DNA of 64,000 nt. It comes from Octopus sinensis (lineage: Eukaryota). The stretch is from positions 1 through 64,000 of the forward strand of contig NW_021833278.1 of NCBI RefSeq assembly GCF_006345805.1. Reading direction: 5' to 3'. A program made the translations under genes and the position numbers. Position 1 is the stretch's first letter, and each line of letters opens with the position of its first letter. Below are positions 27,402 through 40,440 of the stretch, piece by piece. The notes under the pieces are model-generated. The model was not told the DNA's origin and did not search any database. It saw only the letters and a list, made by a program, of their open reading frames with translations.

Positions 27402-27684
27402 ATGTATATACATAGATGTGTGTCGAGTGAATGTGTGTACGTGCGTGCGTGTGTGTGCTTCTGATATGATTTATAAAAACTTCTCACCAATTCTAAGAGC
27501 GGGTCTCCCACCCAGAAACTGGTTTCGTCACTGGAATTTAGACAATACCAATTACGTATGCATATGTGTATGTGTGTATGTATGTTCTGCTTATGGCTAC
27601 ACACGGCAGTGGAGCTCTTGTTCGGGAATCTTCGGATTTTGAAGAATGTGGAACCATCTCTTAGCCATTATTGTCCCAGGTTTA

Positions 27685-27890
27685 AGGCGGTGAGCTGGCA
27701 GAAACGTTAGCGCGCCGGGCGAAATGCCTAGCGTTATTTAGTCTGTCTTCATGTTCTGAGTTCAAATTTACGCCGAGATCAACGTTACTTTTCATCCTTT
27801 CGGGGTTGATAAATTAAGTACCAGGTACGTACTGGGGTCATTTTAATCGACTGGTTCCCTCCCCCAAAATTTCGGTCCTAGAGTAGAAAA
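27685..27890 (+). mobile_element. SINE family B
   Basis: ggcggtgagctggcagaaacgttagc head and body. Confidence 0.8.
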
Positions 27891-29265
27891 AAATTGTCCC
27901 AGGTTTACTCTGACCCAGAGTAACAGCACCTATCAGAGTCCCATCTATGAACTAGCATATGTGATAACAATCTTCTAAGCGCAGTGTGCAGAAATACATT
28001 TAGTTGGTGCCAGGGCGCACAGTAAAACCACTGAGAGTAAGGAGCCCCTAGATATTGGCAAAGCGTCCTTTGATGTTAAACTGAACCCAGAATCATGTGG
28101 TTGGTAAGCAAGTTACTTACCACACAGCCACTCCTGCGCCTATACATGTGTGTATGTGTGTGTGTGTGTGTGTGTGCGTGTGCCTTTATATTACGTCATT
28201 CTTGAGTGCTGCTGGTAAAACCCAGTACTGCCTTCTGCATGCTCGGATCATCGTCAACTTATCTAACAACATCACTAAGTCTGCATAGTGAGGAGGGTCA
28301 TTTCTGGACACCCCGAGGGAGAAAAAAAACAACAAGACTTGTAAAACAATGGATATATATATAAGAGTCCATGACCAATCAGTTCTGCGCAAATACACTT
28401 TCAAATCCCTGCAGACTTCCATGTATCTTTAGATTTGGAAAGTCTAAGACACTCTGACATGAAACGTGCGGTTGCTGTCTGTGTCTGCATGTATTAATGT
28501 GTACCTACGTTTGTGTTGCTGTATGTGGGCGCGTTTGTTAATGTGTGTGTGTGCGTCTGTGTATGCATTTATGAATGTGCCCGTCTGCATTTATTGGTGT
28601 GTATGGATGGATGTCTGTTTGTGAATATATATGTGTGTAGGTATTATGAGCGTGTGTATGTGAGCGTCATTCTTGTATGTGAGAGTACGTGTAAATATGT
28701 ATGTGTATGTGTATGTGTGTGTGCGTATGTGTTTTTGCGTGCATGTGCGGGCGTTTATTTATGTGTGCGTGTGCGCGCGTGCGTATGCGTATGCATTTGT
28801 GCGTGCGTGCGCGTATATGTATGTGTGCGTGTGTGCATGTGCGTATGTGCGTGAGCACGCGTGAACACGCGTGAACACGCGTATGCGTGTGTATGCATGT
28901 ATATGTGAGCGCGCATATGTATGTATGTGTGTATGCATGCGCGTCTCTGTGCATGTGTATGTGCGTATGTGCGTAGTGTGTGTGTGTGTGTGTGTTTTTT
29001 TTTGTGTGTATGTACGCATGTATTTATTAACATTAGAAATACACAAAACCGTGACACGCCCACACGCCAGAATGGAAAAACTAACAACGTAGGAACCAAA
29101 GAATCTCTTTTAATCGTAGAAAAATGGTAATAAAGAATCTTTCAAATGTATTCCATGCCTCCAGGCATTATTTTTACTGTTGTTAACAATTGGCGTAGAT
29201 ATCTGTTGCTATCGGTATTAATCTTAGAGTTGTTGCTGCAGATTTTGTTTCTCATGTCTACATGT

Positions 29266-29300
<35 letters not shown>

Positions 29301-29502
29301 TTGCTGCTGATGCTGTTGTTGCTGCTGTTGTTGTTACTGTTAACGTTATAGCTGCTGTTATAACCCTTGTTGCATCTGTCTTATCATTGCCGTTGTAGTA
29401 CAGGATGTTGTTTTCTGTTGTTATTGTCGGTAAAGGCCTTGTTGTTGTTATTGTTGTTATTGTTGTTGCTGTTGCTGCTAAAGCCAGCGAGCTGGCAGAA
29501 TC

Positions 29503-30320
29503 GTTAAGCACGCCCGGCGAAATGCTTAGCGGTATTTTGTCTACCGCTACGTTCTGGGTTCTAATTCCGCCGAGGTCGACTTTGCCTTTCATCCTTTCGG
29601 GGTCGTTTAAATAAGTACCAGTTACGCACTGATGTCGATATAATCGACTTAATACCATTGTCTGTCCTTGTTTGTCTCCTCTATGTTTAGCCCCTTGTAG
29701 GTAATAAAGAAATAGGTATTTCGTCTGCTGTCACGTTCTGAGTTCAAATTCCGCCGAGGTCGACTTTGGATTTCATCCTTCCGGGATCGATTATTTAAGT
29801 ACCAGGGGTTAATGTAATCGACTTCATCCCTTTGTCTGTCCTTGTTTGTCTCCTCTATGTTTAGCCCCTTGTTAGCAGTAAAGAAATAAGAATCGTTAGC
29901 ACGCCGGACGAAATGCTTAGCGGTATTTCGTCTACCGTTACGTTCTGAGTTCAAATTCCGCCGAGGTCGACTTTGGATTTCATCCTTCCGGGATCGATTA
30001 TTTAAGTACTAATGAAACACTGGGGGTCGATGTAATCGACACATCCCCCTCTCCCTAATTTGAGGCCTTGTACCTGTAGCAGAAGAGATTATTGTTATTA
30101 TTATGAAAGGCGGCGAGCTGGCAGAATTGTTAGCATGCCGGGCTAAATGCTTAGCTGCATTTCGTCCGCCTTTACGGTCTAAGTTCAAATTCCGCCGAGG
30201 TCGACTTTGCCTTTCATCCGACCGGAGTCGATAAATCAAGTACCAGTGAAATACTGGGGTTGATGTAATCGACTTAACCCGTCCCCCAAAATTTCAGGCC
30301 TTGTGCCTTTAGTAGAAAGG
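29503..30320 (+). mobile_element. Tandem cluster/concatemer of SINE family B
   Basis: Four successive body copies, joined through the tgtttagccccttg...aaagaaata tail. Confidence 0.8.
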
Positions 30321-30580
30321 ATTATCATTATTATTTTTTTCCTTCTTTCTTCAAATTTCCTTCAATTTCTCGCCGGGTGTTTTCCGTACACCTAGGACAG
30401 AGAAGCTCATTGTATGCATTCCCAGATTACACACGCAAATTCACAGGTAAAATATGTATTAAAAAAAATTAATAAACAAATAAATTCATGAATGGATGTT
30501 GTTTACACAGCGATAATGCTCTTCTCTGTACATGAGTCGTTCCAGTTAACACGATTTATTATTATTACTATTATTATTTA

Positions 30581-30620
<40 letters not shown>

Positions 30621-30756
30621 GTTATTGTTGTTGTTGTTACTGTTGTTGTTGTTACTGTTGTTGTTGTTGTTGTTATTATTATTATTATTGTTATTGTTAT
30701 TGTTATTGTTATTATTATTATTATTATTGTTATTATTATTATTATTATTATTATTG

Positions 30757-30809
<53 letters not shown>

Positions 30810-31500
30810 GCTATATCTGGAGGTGTGTTTTTGGAGCGCCGTAAGTTTACGACTCATTCACTTGTTTAAAAGGTTCTATACCGTACTTTGTTGCTTAAAT
30901 CGTTTTGCGAGCCAGTTGCCCTTATGGGGGTGGGGCTGACGTTTGTTAACCAAAGCCCCCATTTTGTGGGTGACATAAACCTTTTGGTTTTCAAAATTTT
31001 CCTCGAAGAAAGTAAACTTTGAAGATGACGACGAAAAAGCGGGAGTGAGGAAGGAAGGTGGTACGGCAATTTGCACGAGGATTTCCCCGTTCTCCCCACC
31101 ATGATTGGCAGTAGAAAAAACAAACAAACAAACACCGTTAAAATTGTTTCCCGAAACTGAAACGAAACTGCCAACCAATCCGTGACCCTAAGGATGATAA
31201 CAATATGATGACGAACTCTCCTGTTGTAGACGATGTCTGAGTGTTTAGCTTTTTTGCCGAATGCCCTGCACAAGCGATTTGCTTCTAGTGCTCAAATGTA
31301 TGTGCCGTACTTTAGTTCACTTCTTCCATCAAATCAACGTTACCTGAACAGGTGCACGGTTTAAATCAGGTGTCGAAGTGATCACAGGGCAACGTGAGAT
31401 GAAGTGGTTTGCTCAAGAACACAACGCGCCACCCGACCGAGGAATTGAAACCATCTCGCGATCGTGAGGGCAACACCCCAGCCACTAGACCATGCTTCCC

Positions 31501-31546
<46 letters not shown>

Positions 31547-31578
31547 GTAATAATAATGATAATAATAAAATAATAATG

Positions 31579-31645
<67 letters not shown>

Positions 31646-31705
31646 TAATAATAATAATAATAATAATAATGATAATAATGATAATAATGATAATAATAAT
31701 AATAA

Positions 31706-32677
31706 TTGGCAAGAAAAACCTCTCTATGGCAAATACCCAAAGAGAGCGAATAATGCAGATATCGACAAAGCCCTGACCCATCAATGGCTAATGGCCTCTG
31801 GCTTAAAATCTGAAACAGAGGGGTTTATCATAGCAGCTCAAGATCAATGCCTACCAACAAGAAACTACCAGGCCAACATATTAAAGAACGGCAGTAGCCC
31901 AACATGTCGTGTATGCCGACAACAAAATGAAACCATTGACCATGTTGTCTCCAAATGCAGTCTTCTAGCGCCTACAGAGTACCTCAGTAGGCATGATAGA
32001 GCTGCACAATATATTCACTGGGTAATTTGCAAAAACCTGGATTTGCCTCATGAAAAAAACTGGTGGGAACACAATCAACCTCCTGTGCTTGAAAATGACA
32101 TCTCACTCCTCTGGAACTTCACCATTCAAACTGACAGGAAGATAGATGCAAATAGGCCAGACATTATATTGAAAGACTTCAGACAAAGAACATACCTCCT
32201 CATTGATATGACTGTCCCAATCGATATAAACGTATCTGTCAAGACCAACCAAAAACTGAGCAAATACAAAGATCTTGAAATAGAAATCAGCAAAATGTGG
32301 AAGCTGAAGACTAAAACAATACCTGTTGTCATAGGTGCCCTGGGAATGATAGCGAAAGGGACTGATTGCTACCTAACTCAGATACCAGGAAACCCCAAAA
32401 TGGCAGAAATTCAAAAGATAGTGCTCATGGGAACTGCTCATATCCTACGCAAAATACTCTCTATGTAATCCCAAGGTTTAAAACAAACTTTTTTATTTAT
32501 TTATTTTTAAAAAAATTTTTTTTTTATGTATTAGACATTCACTAGTACAACACCAGAAAAAAAAGAAGAAAAAAAACCCCAAATATATGGCACAGAACTT
32601 CTAACCTGTTGTCTCTTGAGGTCTCTGGGTGAGACTTGGAGCCAACTTGTACAGACATAAAGCAAAAGTCAAACATA

Positions 32678-32680
<3 letters not shown>
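31706..32680 (+). mobile_element. 5'-truncated R4/Dong-like non-LTR retrotransposon (CCHC finger + restriction-like endonuclease)
   Basis: ORF 31791-32468 has CRVC..ETIDHVVSKC, RPDIIL..LIDMTVP and KYKDL; flanked on both sides by (AAT)n. Confidence 0.85.
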
Positions 32681-32729
<49 letters not shown>

Positions 32730-32738
<9 letters not shown>

Positions 32739-32818
32739 AACAATAATAATCTTCAATTCGATATCCCATTGCATATTTCGAGTCATTATATTCATTTATT
32801 CAATAAATTTGGGTTTTG

Positions 32819-32859
<41 letters not shown>

Positions 32860-33868
32860 AATTTTCTTTGTAAATTGAAATTGTTTATTAGTTTGCGACT
32901 CCATCGTGTTTTTTGGAGCGTTTAGGTCCTGCTTTGATGGTCTCCATTTCCTTTCGAACGTGATCTCATCTTCAAGCAGTGAACGTCGCCCCAAAGACAT
33001 GGGGCCTCGAAGTCGTCATCTGCACGAAGGGCATCACGGCTGTCACGCAACTGTCGGTTCACTAAGTCCCTTTGGCGTGCAATCATAGACTGTGGATATA
33101 AAAAAGAAAGAAAAAAGAAACAACTTAGTAAACTGCAATGAAACACAGAGAAAGAAATTCTTACAACACAAACAACAAAACTTTCGCTGGTAAAAACAAA
33201 AGATCTGAAATAAATGGAGAAATTCGAAAGACGGTTTGTCATATTTACAGATGCAAATTTGTGTTTCATGAGCAGCTTTCAACATTTTCCATCCAAGCGT
33301 TTTTAGCCTAATATCTATACCATTGTTTGTAGCTTTATCAACTTGGAATTTTTTACCGTTAAAAAGAATTTGCTTCACATCTCTCGAAGTTTCTAAATAC
33401 TTATAAAATAAGCTTCCTGAAATGATCTCTGATAAGTACGAAGCTTCTAAAATAGATGGCGGTTTGGACTGCTTTAGTATAGCGGCAAAAACGTCTACCA
33501 CGTTTAAAGAAGATGTGGGTTCGAGTCCTATGTGAGACTAGGTAGAGCATTTATTGTAAAAAAAAGAAAGACTCTTAGAATAACGAGTGAATCATTGAGA
33601 ACAACACATTGTATATATTGGATTTAAAATTTTAAACAAGGCCAGCAATTTTGGGCGACAAGAGAGGGCGTTTACATCAACCCTGGTGATCAACGGCTAT
33701 TTATTTTATCGATCCCGGCGCTCCACTGCTACTTATTTTATCGAACCCAAATAAATGAAAGGCAAAGTCGACATCGGCGGAATTTGAACTCAGAATGTAA
33801 AGATGGACGAAATGCCGCTAAGAATTTTGTTCGACGTGCTAACGAGTCTGCTAGCTTCGGCGCTTTAG
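32730..33868. repeat. Segmental duplication block X (3' UTR, peptide exon, part of intron); paralogs at about 40095-40555 and 50312-51482
   Basis: Long co-linear matches, e.g. caattcgatatc-cattg-atatt, ggtcctgctttgatggtctccatttc, gtgagactaggtaga. Confidence 0.9.
32922..33089 (-). CDS. Peptide-precursor paralog 1, coding exon 2: SMIARQRDLVNRQLRDSRDALRADDDFEAPCLWGDVHCLKMRSRSKGNGDHQSRT*
   Basis: Acceptor ttttttctttcttttttatatccacag|TCT, phase 0; C-x6-C motif; AATAAA at 32889-32884; homologous to the exons at 40440 and 50683. Confidence 0.75.
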   Translation of the reverse strand, partial: SMIARQRDLVNRQLRDSRDALRADDDFEAPCLWGDVHCLKMRSRSKGNGDHQSRT

Positions 33869-34867
33869 CAATCCTACTCCCAATGTAGGATTCCTCACCA
33901 TCCAGGTGACAGGCACAGCCATAAGATGCATTAGGAATCTATAGCAATTGGAAGGGCGTGACCCAACTGAAATAAACATTAACACCTGTGTGACGTGAGG
34001 GCTAAGGAGAAATGAAAGTGTCACCTCTGGAGTTTGCAAATGACCACTATACTGATACGTAACTGGACAGAATAAATTTACCAACTATAAATGTCTTTGA
34101 ATAACCAGTCACTCATCTGGGAAGGCCTTGAAATCAATCTGGGGTCAATGTGTGACCCAGTGATAATAAAAAGACTTGAAAGGAGGTCTGCAATCAAATA
34201 ACTTTACTTAACACTTTGCAACTAAATCAGTGGAGGCAAAGATGCCTCTCATTTACTTGACAATTTATGCACCACATTGTAGAAATCACAATCTAAGTGT
34301 ATGTCAAAGCAAACTCTTACACTGTTGTACCATTGAATTACAAATAATGCTCATCTTCTATGCTCGGATGACCCCAGAGCTTCCAAGAATACAAATGTAT
34401 TCGTCTTTGCATAGATAAAATGACAAAATTGTGTGTTAAGTCCCCATGAGGGATCTTTTTAACTTAAGAAGATGAAATTTCATAATACTTACATCATTTG
34501 TATCTAATATCTATGGTTAAAATTTCATCAACGCAAAAGTATATGAATTGTCATGGGGGTTGTGGCCCTTATGCATAGAATATAATTTCCAAATTTCGTA
34601 AAGATCCATTCAGAACTTTTGACTTAGTTTGGATCATAAAAAAATGACTAAAATTTGGATTTAAGGCCCCCATTAGGGTGTCTTAGAATCCTCATGGAAA
34701 CTTTGTCATTTTTCTCCCCATGACACTCCCTGGACCCTAATAAGGCATGTGTAAAAATTTGAATGAAATCGGTTGTGTAGTCTCAAGTTTGTAGGGATTC
34801 ACACAGACAAACAGAAAGGACAGACAGACTACACATTCTCAGTTATATTATATATATATTAATATAT

Positions 34868-34899
<32 letters not shown>

Positions 34900-34957
34900 A
34901 TATATATATAATCATATAGAATATATATATATATATTAATAATATAATACATATATA

Positions 34958-35017
<60 letters not shown>

Positions 35018-35359
35018 TATATAATAATATATATATATATATATTGGGTGAATTCCATCTCATGCACAGATTTTTTAATTAATTTTTGAAAACTAAACAT
35101 TTTGAAACTTCAGTGCATGAGATTAAAAGATCCGATATATGTATATACGTATGTCAGCATTTATGCATGGATGATATAATAATAATAATAATAATAATAA
35201 AAAAATAATAATAATATAATAATAATAATAATAATAATAATACAACAACAACAATAATAATAATAAATAATAATAATAATAATAATATAATAATAAAATA
35301 ATAATAATAATAATATACAACACAATAATAATAATAATACTATAATAATAATAATAATA

Positions 35360-35469
<110 letters not shown>

Positions 35470-35478
35470 TAAAAATAA

Positions 35479-35514
<36 letters not shown>

Positions 35515-35982
35515 TAATAATAATAATAATAATAATATATATAAAAAAATAATAATAATATAATAATATAAAAATAATAATATAATAAAAAATAATATAA
35601 TAATAATATAATAATAATATAATATAATAATAATAATAATAATAATAAAATAAACAACAACACAATAATAATAATAATACATAATAAAATAATAAAAAAA
35701 TAATAATATAATAAAAATAAAATAACAACAATAATAATATAATAATAATACTAATATCATAATCAAAATAATAATAATAATATAATCATAATAATAATAT
35801 ATAATTAAAATATAAAAATAATAATAATAAAATAATAATAATAAATAAAATAATAATAAAAATAATATAATAATAAATAAAAATATAAAAATAATATAAA
35901 AATAATAATAATAATAATAATAATAATATGATAAAATAATAATATATAATAATATAATATATATAATATAATATAATAATAA

Positions 35983-36016
<34 letters not shown>

Positions 36017-36032
36017 TAATAATAATATAATA

Positions 36033-36067
<35 letters not shown>

Positions 36068-36186
36068 TAATAATAATAATAATAATCCTAATAATAATAA
36101 TAATAATAAGAATAATACTAATAATAATAATAATCATAATAACTAATATGAATAATAATAATAATAATAAAATATTGCACAATTAC

Positions 36187-36318
36187 ATTTTTCCTTCGGA
36201 GCAGATCGATAGCCCTCTCATCGTTTATTGGCACCGTCTCTACTGGTTCAAACATCACCGCTGCTACGCTTAACAAAACCACTAGCACAATCATATTCTT
36301 GTATATTCTGTGTTCCAT
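36187..36318 (-). CDS. Peptide-precursor paralog 1, coding exon 1 (signal peptide + pro-region): MEHRIYKNMIVLVVLLSVAAVMFEPVETVPINDERAIDLLRRKN
   Basis: Start context tcaaaaaATG; basic n-region, hydrophobic h-region, VET-VP cleavage-like site; donor AAT|gtaatt, phase 0; acceptor tttacag| at 36461/36460. Confidence 0.75.
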
Positions 36319-36609
36319 TTTTTGATCTCAACTCAGTTCTCTCTTTTAAAAACTTCCAAACTTCTATATTTCAAACTTCCAGATTTCAACTGATTTCAAT
36401 GGAGCCAGATATAAGGCAGTCCCCAAAACGATTCTTATGAAGTCCCAAGAACAAAATCACCTGTAAATATATCGTTTATAGTTCTTTGTTTTTTTTTACT
36501 TTCCCCTCTTCTTTGTTTGTGGTTCGGGTTTCTGTTCTTTCTTGTTTGTGTGGTCAGTGCTGTTGTTGCGTCTCGTTTTGGTTCGTTCTCCTATGGAAGC
36601 GGCGACTTT

Positions 36610-36658
36610 CTTTTATAGCCGTATTACTCCTCTCAGTCGCTCAAGGGCACGCCATTTT
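36610..36658 (-). promoter_or_regulatory. Candidate core promoter of paralog 1: TATA box plus YY1-like motif
   Basis: TATAAAAG at 36617-36610 and AAAATGGCG at 36658-36650; both conserved in paralog 2. Confidence 0.5.
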
Positions 36659-36687
36659 GCGAGGGAGGAGATGATATAGTATATATA

Positions 36688-36778
<91 letters not shown>

Positions 36779-36782
36779 CTAG

Positions 36783-36841
<59 letters not shown>

Positions 36842-36964
36842 GTGTATGTGTGTGTGTATGGAAATAAAAAGAAGATGATAAAGAACAAAAATAAAAACGT
36901 AGAAGAAGAAGAAGAAGAAGAAGAAGAAGAAGAATAAGAAGAGGAAAAGAAGAAGAAGAAGAAG

Positions 36965-37012
<48 letters not shown>

Positions 37013-37098
37013 TGAAGAAGAAGAAGAAGAAGAAGAAGAAGAAGACTGGCCAGAACTGGTGACCAATAATTCTTGCCCTCTAGACTAATAATAATGAC

Positions 37099-37158
<60 letters not shown>

Positions 37159-37769
37159 TGCTGTTGTAGTGGTGGTATGATTTAATTCTATTTGCTTTGC
37201 GAGGCTCATTCCTTATCATAGAAAAAGGACAATCCCCCACCCCCGTCGTTATCGAAGGAATTGGAATTTGATTGGTTGTTATCATATACTCTTTATCCTT
37301 CTAGCTTCACACTGATTGGAAGAACAAGAACATGCATGTGCACATGCGCACACAGGTACTACACATGCACACCTATAAATTACATGGAGCAGAAACACAC
37401 ATAATAAATCATATGGAGAAGAAACAATAAATAATATCAAATGGATGTCTTATAAAACTATTCCGAACATACAATAACAGCCATGCTAACAATCCAACAC
37501 ACCTCCTTCATCAGCTGCCACACGGATATCACTATGGTTTCGACACCTGGGGCAGTACCATTCAATCAGACGGTGTCAACAGCACTAAAATAAGTGTTGT
37601 TTGAGAACAAGATACCATAAATTATTGGAGAAGAAACAATAAATCTTAAATACAAGTAACAGCACAATATGTGGCGAAGAAACATTAAATCATATTGTCA
37701 CTGGGAGTCCAGTCCTGGCTAAGAAGGAATATATTCACAGACACGACTGAGTTGGGACCTGGACACATT

Positions 37770-38300
37770 GGAAGCTATGCCAACATTATGGAATAACAAC
37801 AGAAAAAAGATGGTATAGGCATACGCCAGAAAAGGTCACAGAAAATGAGAAAGCAAACATACTCTGGGATATGCCAATACACACAGATTAAACTAAGGCC
37901 AATAGGCTGGATATAGTTGTCAGAGATCATCAAGAAAAAAATGCTTTCTAATCGATATATCAATATCAAAAGATGACAACGTTTCAAAATACAAACATGT
38001 GGAAATAGAGGCAAATCATATGTGAGTCTAAATACAGAAACAATTCCCATCATAGTTGGCGCATTAGGTATAATAAGAAAAAGTATTCAGATAAAAACAT
38101 AACAAAAAAGCAGGACTAACAAGTATATATAACATACAGAAATAGCACTACTAGGCATCGCACACATCCCACGTAAAACACTTTCAATACAGTAACAATA
38201 AAAGCACCACAACAAACCACAGCACATACCCAAGGCACACAGAGTTGCGCTCGGTATTGAAGTGAGAAAGCACGTGATAAAAATAAGACTGTTCGATAGC
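37770..38300 (+). mobile_element. Decayed 3' end of an RLE-type (R4/Dong-like) LINE
   Basis: Frameshifted KANILWDMPIHTD..ANRLDIVVRDHQEK and IPIIVGALG..IQKIALLGIAHI. Confidence 0.75.
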
Positions 38301-38509
38301 AAGACGAGGAGGAGAGAGAAGAAGAAGAAGAAGAAGAAGAAGAAGAAGAAGAAGAAGAAGAAGAAGAAGAAGAGAAGAAGAAGAAGAAGAAGAAGAGAAG
38401 AAGAAGAAGAAGAAGAAGAAGAGAAGAAGAGAAGAAGAAGAAGAAGAAGAAGAGAAGAAGAAGAAGAAGAAGAAGAAGAAGAGAAGAAGAGCTGCTCTCT
38501 CATGGTTTC

Positions 38510-39040
38510 TGATCTTAACTGATTGGAAGTGTTATCATGTACATTGTTTTCTCTTGGTATAAAAGATGGGCTACAGCAAATATTCTGCTCAGTACACACA
38601 TTTGCTTGTCAGTTATTTGACCTTAACCAGTTGACCATGTCCCTTAGTGGCTGATGATATGTACATCTCTGATCACGAGCAGAAGTAGTGGGGGAGCATC
38701 ATAGCCATGTATTGAGAGTAATATTCTTTGGGGTTTGGATAATTCACCTCTGGAAACATGGGTGTTCTGTTCAACATCCTTAAACAACTCTTGTTCAAGG
38801 ACCTTTTGTGCGGGGTGGATTACTCGACCAGAAGAAAATTCTAACTGGGCTCCACGGGCAAGGTCATACGCTGTTTATCTTGATATGAGATCGCGATGTC
38901 GTGCATATATGGTTGTGATGCATGTGCCTGGTGTACACTTATCAGACAAGTAGTCATGGTCGGTATACTGAGCTTCGTATATTTGTACCCCAGTGTCACT
39001 TTGATGGCATGCACTGCTCTCTCACTCAATAATAATAATA
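38510..39040 (+). mobile_element. Non-coding interspersed repeat ending in (AAT)n
   Basis: Ends ...gcatgcactgctctctcactc-aataataataataat, like a retroposed 3' end; no second copy in the window. Confidence 0.4.
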
Positions 39041-39364
39041 ATTCTTTCTTCTATAGGCCCAAGGCTTGAAATTCTATGGGAGCCAACAGTTATTAGAAGA
39101 GATTGGTCGGTACCTTTGACTCCAGTACTTGACTCTAGACTCCTTTATTATTTTGAAACCTAAAAGAATGAAAGCCAGATTTAAACTCGGTGAGATGCGA
39201 TCTCGAAATGTAAAAAGCCGGAACTAAAACAGCAAGACAGTTTTTCGATGTTTTAACCATTCTTCTAGCTTTCAGCCTGAATTTTCCCCACAAATTTTTC
39301 TCTTTCACAAAAAAATGAGCCGAACACACAGCTAAAAGCACACGCACACACATAGGCACGCACG

Positions 39365-39407
<43 letters not shown>

Positions 39408-39559
39408 GATATGGAAACAGCTGTAGCAGAGGATCTCATTATATATCTTGGAAAAAACTTATGTCTGCACATCAATTTTTCCATTTTCTCCCTTTTCTCA
39501 TTCATATATATATTCATATATATATATGTATGTATAACTATATACATACATATATACAT

Positions 39560-40035
39560 ACATTTATATGAGAATTGCAAAATCCCGTGGGATGCAACGA
39601 TCAAGTGCGATAACCCGACCAGACATCGGAAACCGGATATTGTTGTGGTGAGTAAAAGACAAAGAACATGTATGGTAACCTACTTAGAATGCCCCGGTGA
39701 AAGCAGGATCGATGTGAAAGAAGAGGAAAAAATAAACTAGGACGATTTGAAATGGGAAATACGAAGGTTTTGGTCAATGAAGGGAGTAGACGTAATACCA
39801 ATAGTAATTGGTTCACTTGGAAGTATCAGCACCCAGCTACCAGCATGGCTGAAAAAAGATCGGTGCAAGTGTGAGGATAGAACACCTTCAAAAATCAGCG
39901 TTGCTTGGAACTGCAAGAATTCTTTGCAGGGTTCTTGAAGCATGACAAGTAAACAAGTGTCACCTTAGTCTCTTGACTGTGGACAGCTGACACTTTCCAT
40001 GATACCCAGTAAAATGAACTGTGAGTTTTCATATA

Positions 40036-40040
<5 letters not shown>
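39560..40040 (+). mobile_element. 3' end of an R4/Dong-like LINE, duplicated with the peptide gene
   Basis: Near-identical to 49800-50260 (RKPDIVVVSKRQ; VIPIVIG[S/A]LG); followed by (AAT)n. Confidence 0.85.
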
Positions 40041-40099
<59 letters not shown>

Positions 40100-40309
40100 C
40101 AACGAAAACAATAATAATTTTCAATTCGATATCACATTGTATATTTAGAGTCATTATATTTATTTATTCAATAAATTTGGGTTTTGTTTTTTTTTGTTGT
40201 AATTTTCTTTGTAAATTGAAATTGTTTATTAGTTTGTGATTCCGTCGTGTTTTTTTGGGGGCGTTTAGGTCCTGCTTTGATGGTCTCCATTTCATTTCGA
40301 ATGCGATCT

Positions 40310-40440
40310 TTACTTCTTCCTCTTCACGCAGGAAATGACGTTCCAGATACATGGGTCGTTTTTCCTTCATCTGAAGGAAAAGCATCTCGGCCGTCAAGAA
40401 ACAGTCGGTTCATTAAGTCCCCTTGGCGTGTAATCATAGA
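40310..40440 (-). pseudogene. Peptide-precursor paralog 2, exon 2, with a frameshift just before the cyclic peptide
   Basis: Acceptor tatccacag|TCT. In frame it reads SMITRQGDLMNRLFLDGRDAFPSDEGKTTHVSGTSFPA* (TGA 40326-40324). Restoring 1 nt gives NDPCIWNVISCVKRKK* (TAA 40312-40310). An assembly indel is possible. Confidence 0.7.

Noticed and set aside
30820-31300. GC-richer stretch with CCAAT-like boxes and ~100-135-aa ORFs
   Set aside because: No splice or homology support; a promoter role is untestable from sequence alone.
33043-33501. 152-aa ORF (KYLETSRDVKQILFNGKK...)
   Set aside because: Intronic to paralog 1; the paralogous sequence at about 50740-51000 has frame-breaking indels.
34230-34418. 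62-aa Cys-containing + strand ORF conserved at 41076-41264
   Set aside because: GTG start, no signal peptide; conservation is explained by the recent duplication.
36228-36674. Plus-strand ORFs (MAPSLLVQ..., MFFFTFPSS...) duplicated at about 41943-42449
   Set aside because: Antisense shadows of the signal-peptide exon and promoter; the regulatory and splice signals are on the minus strand.
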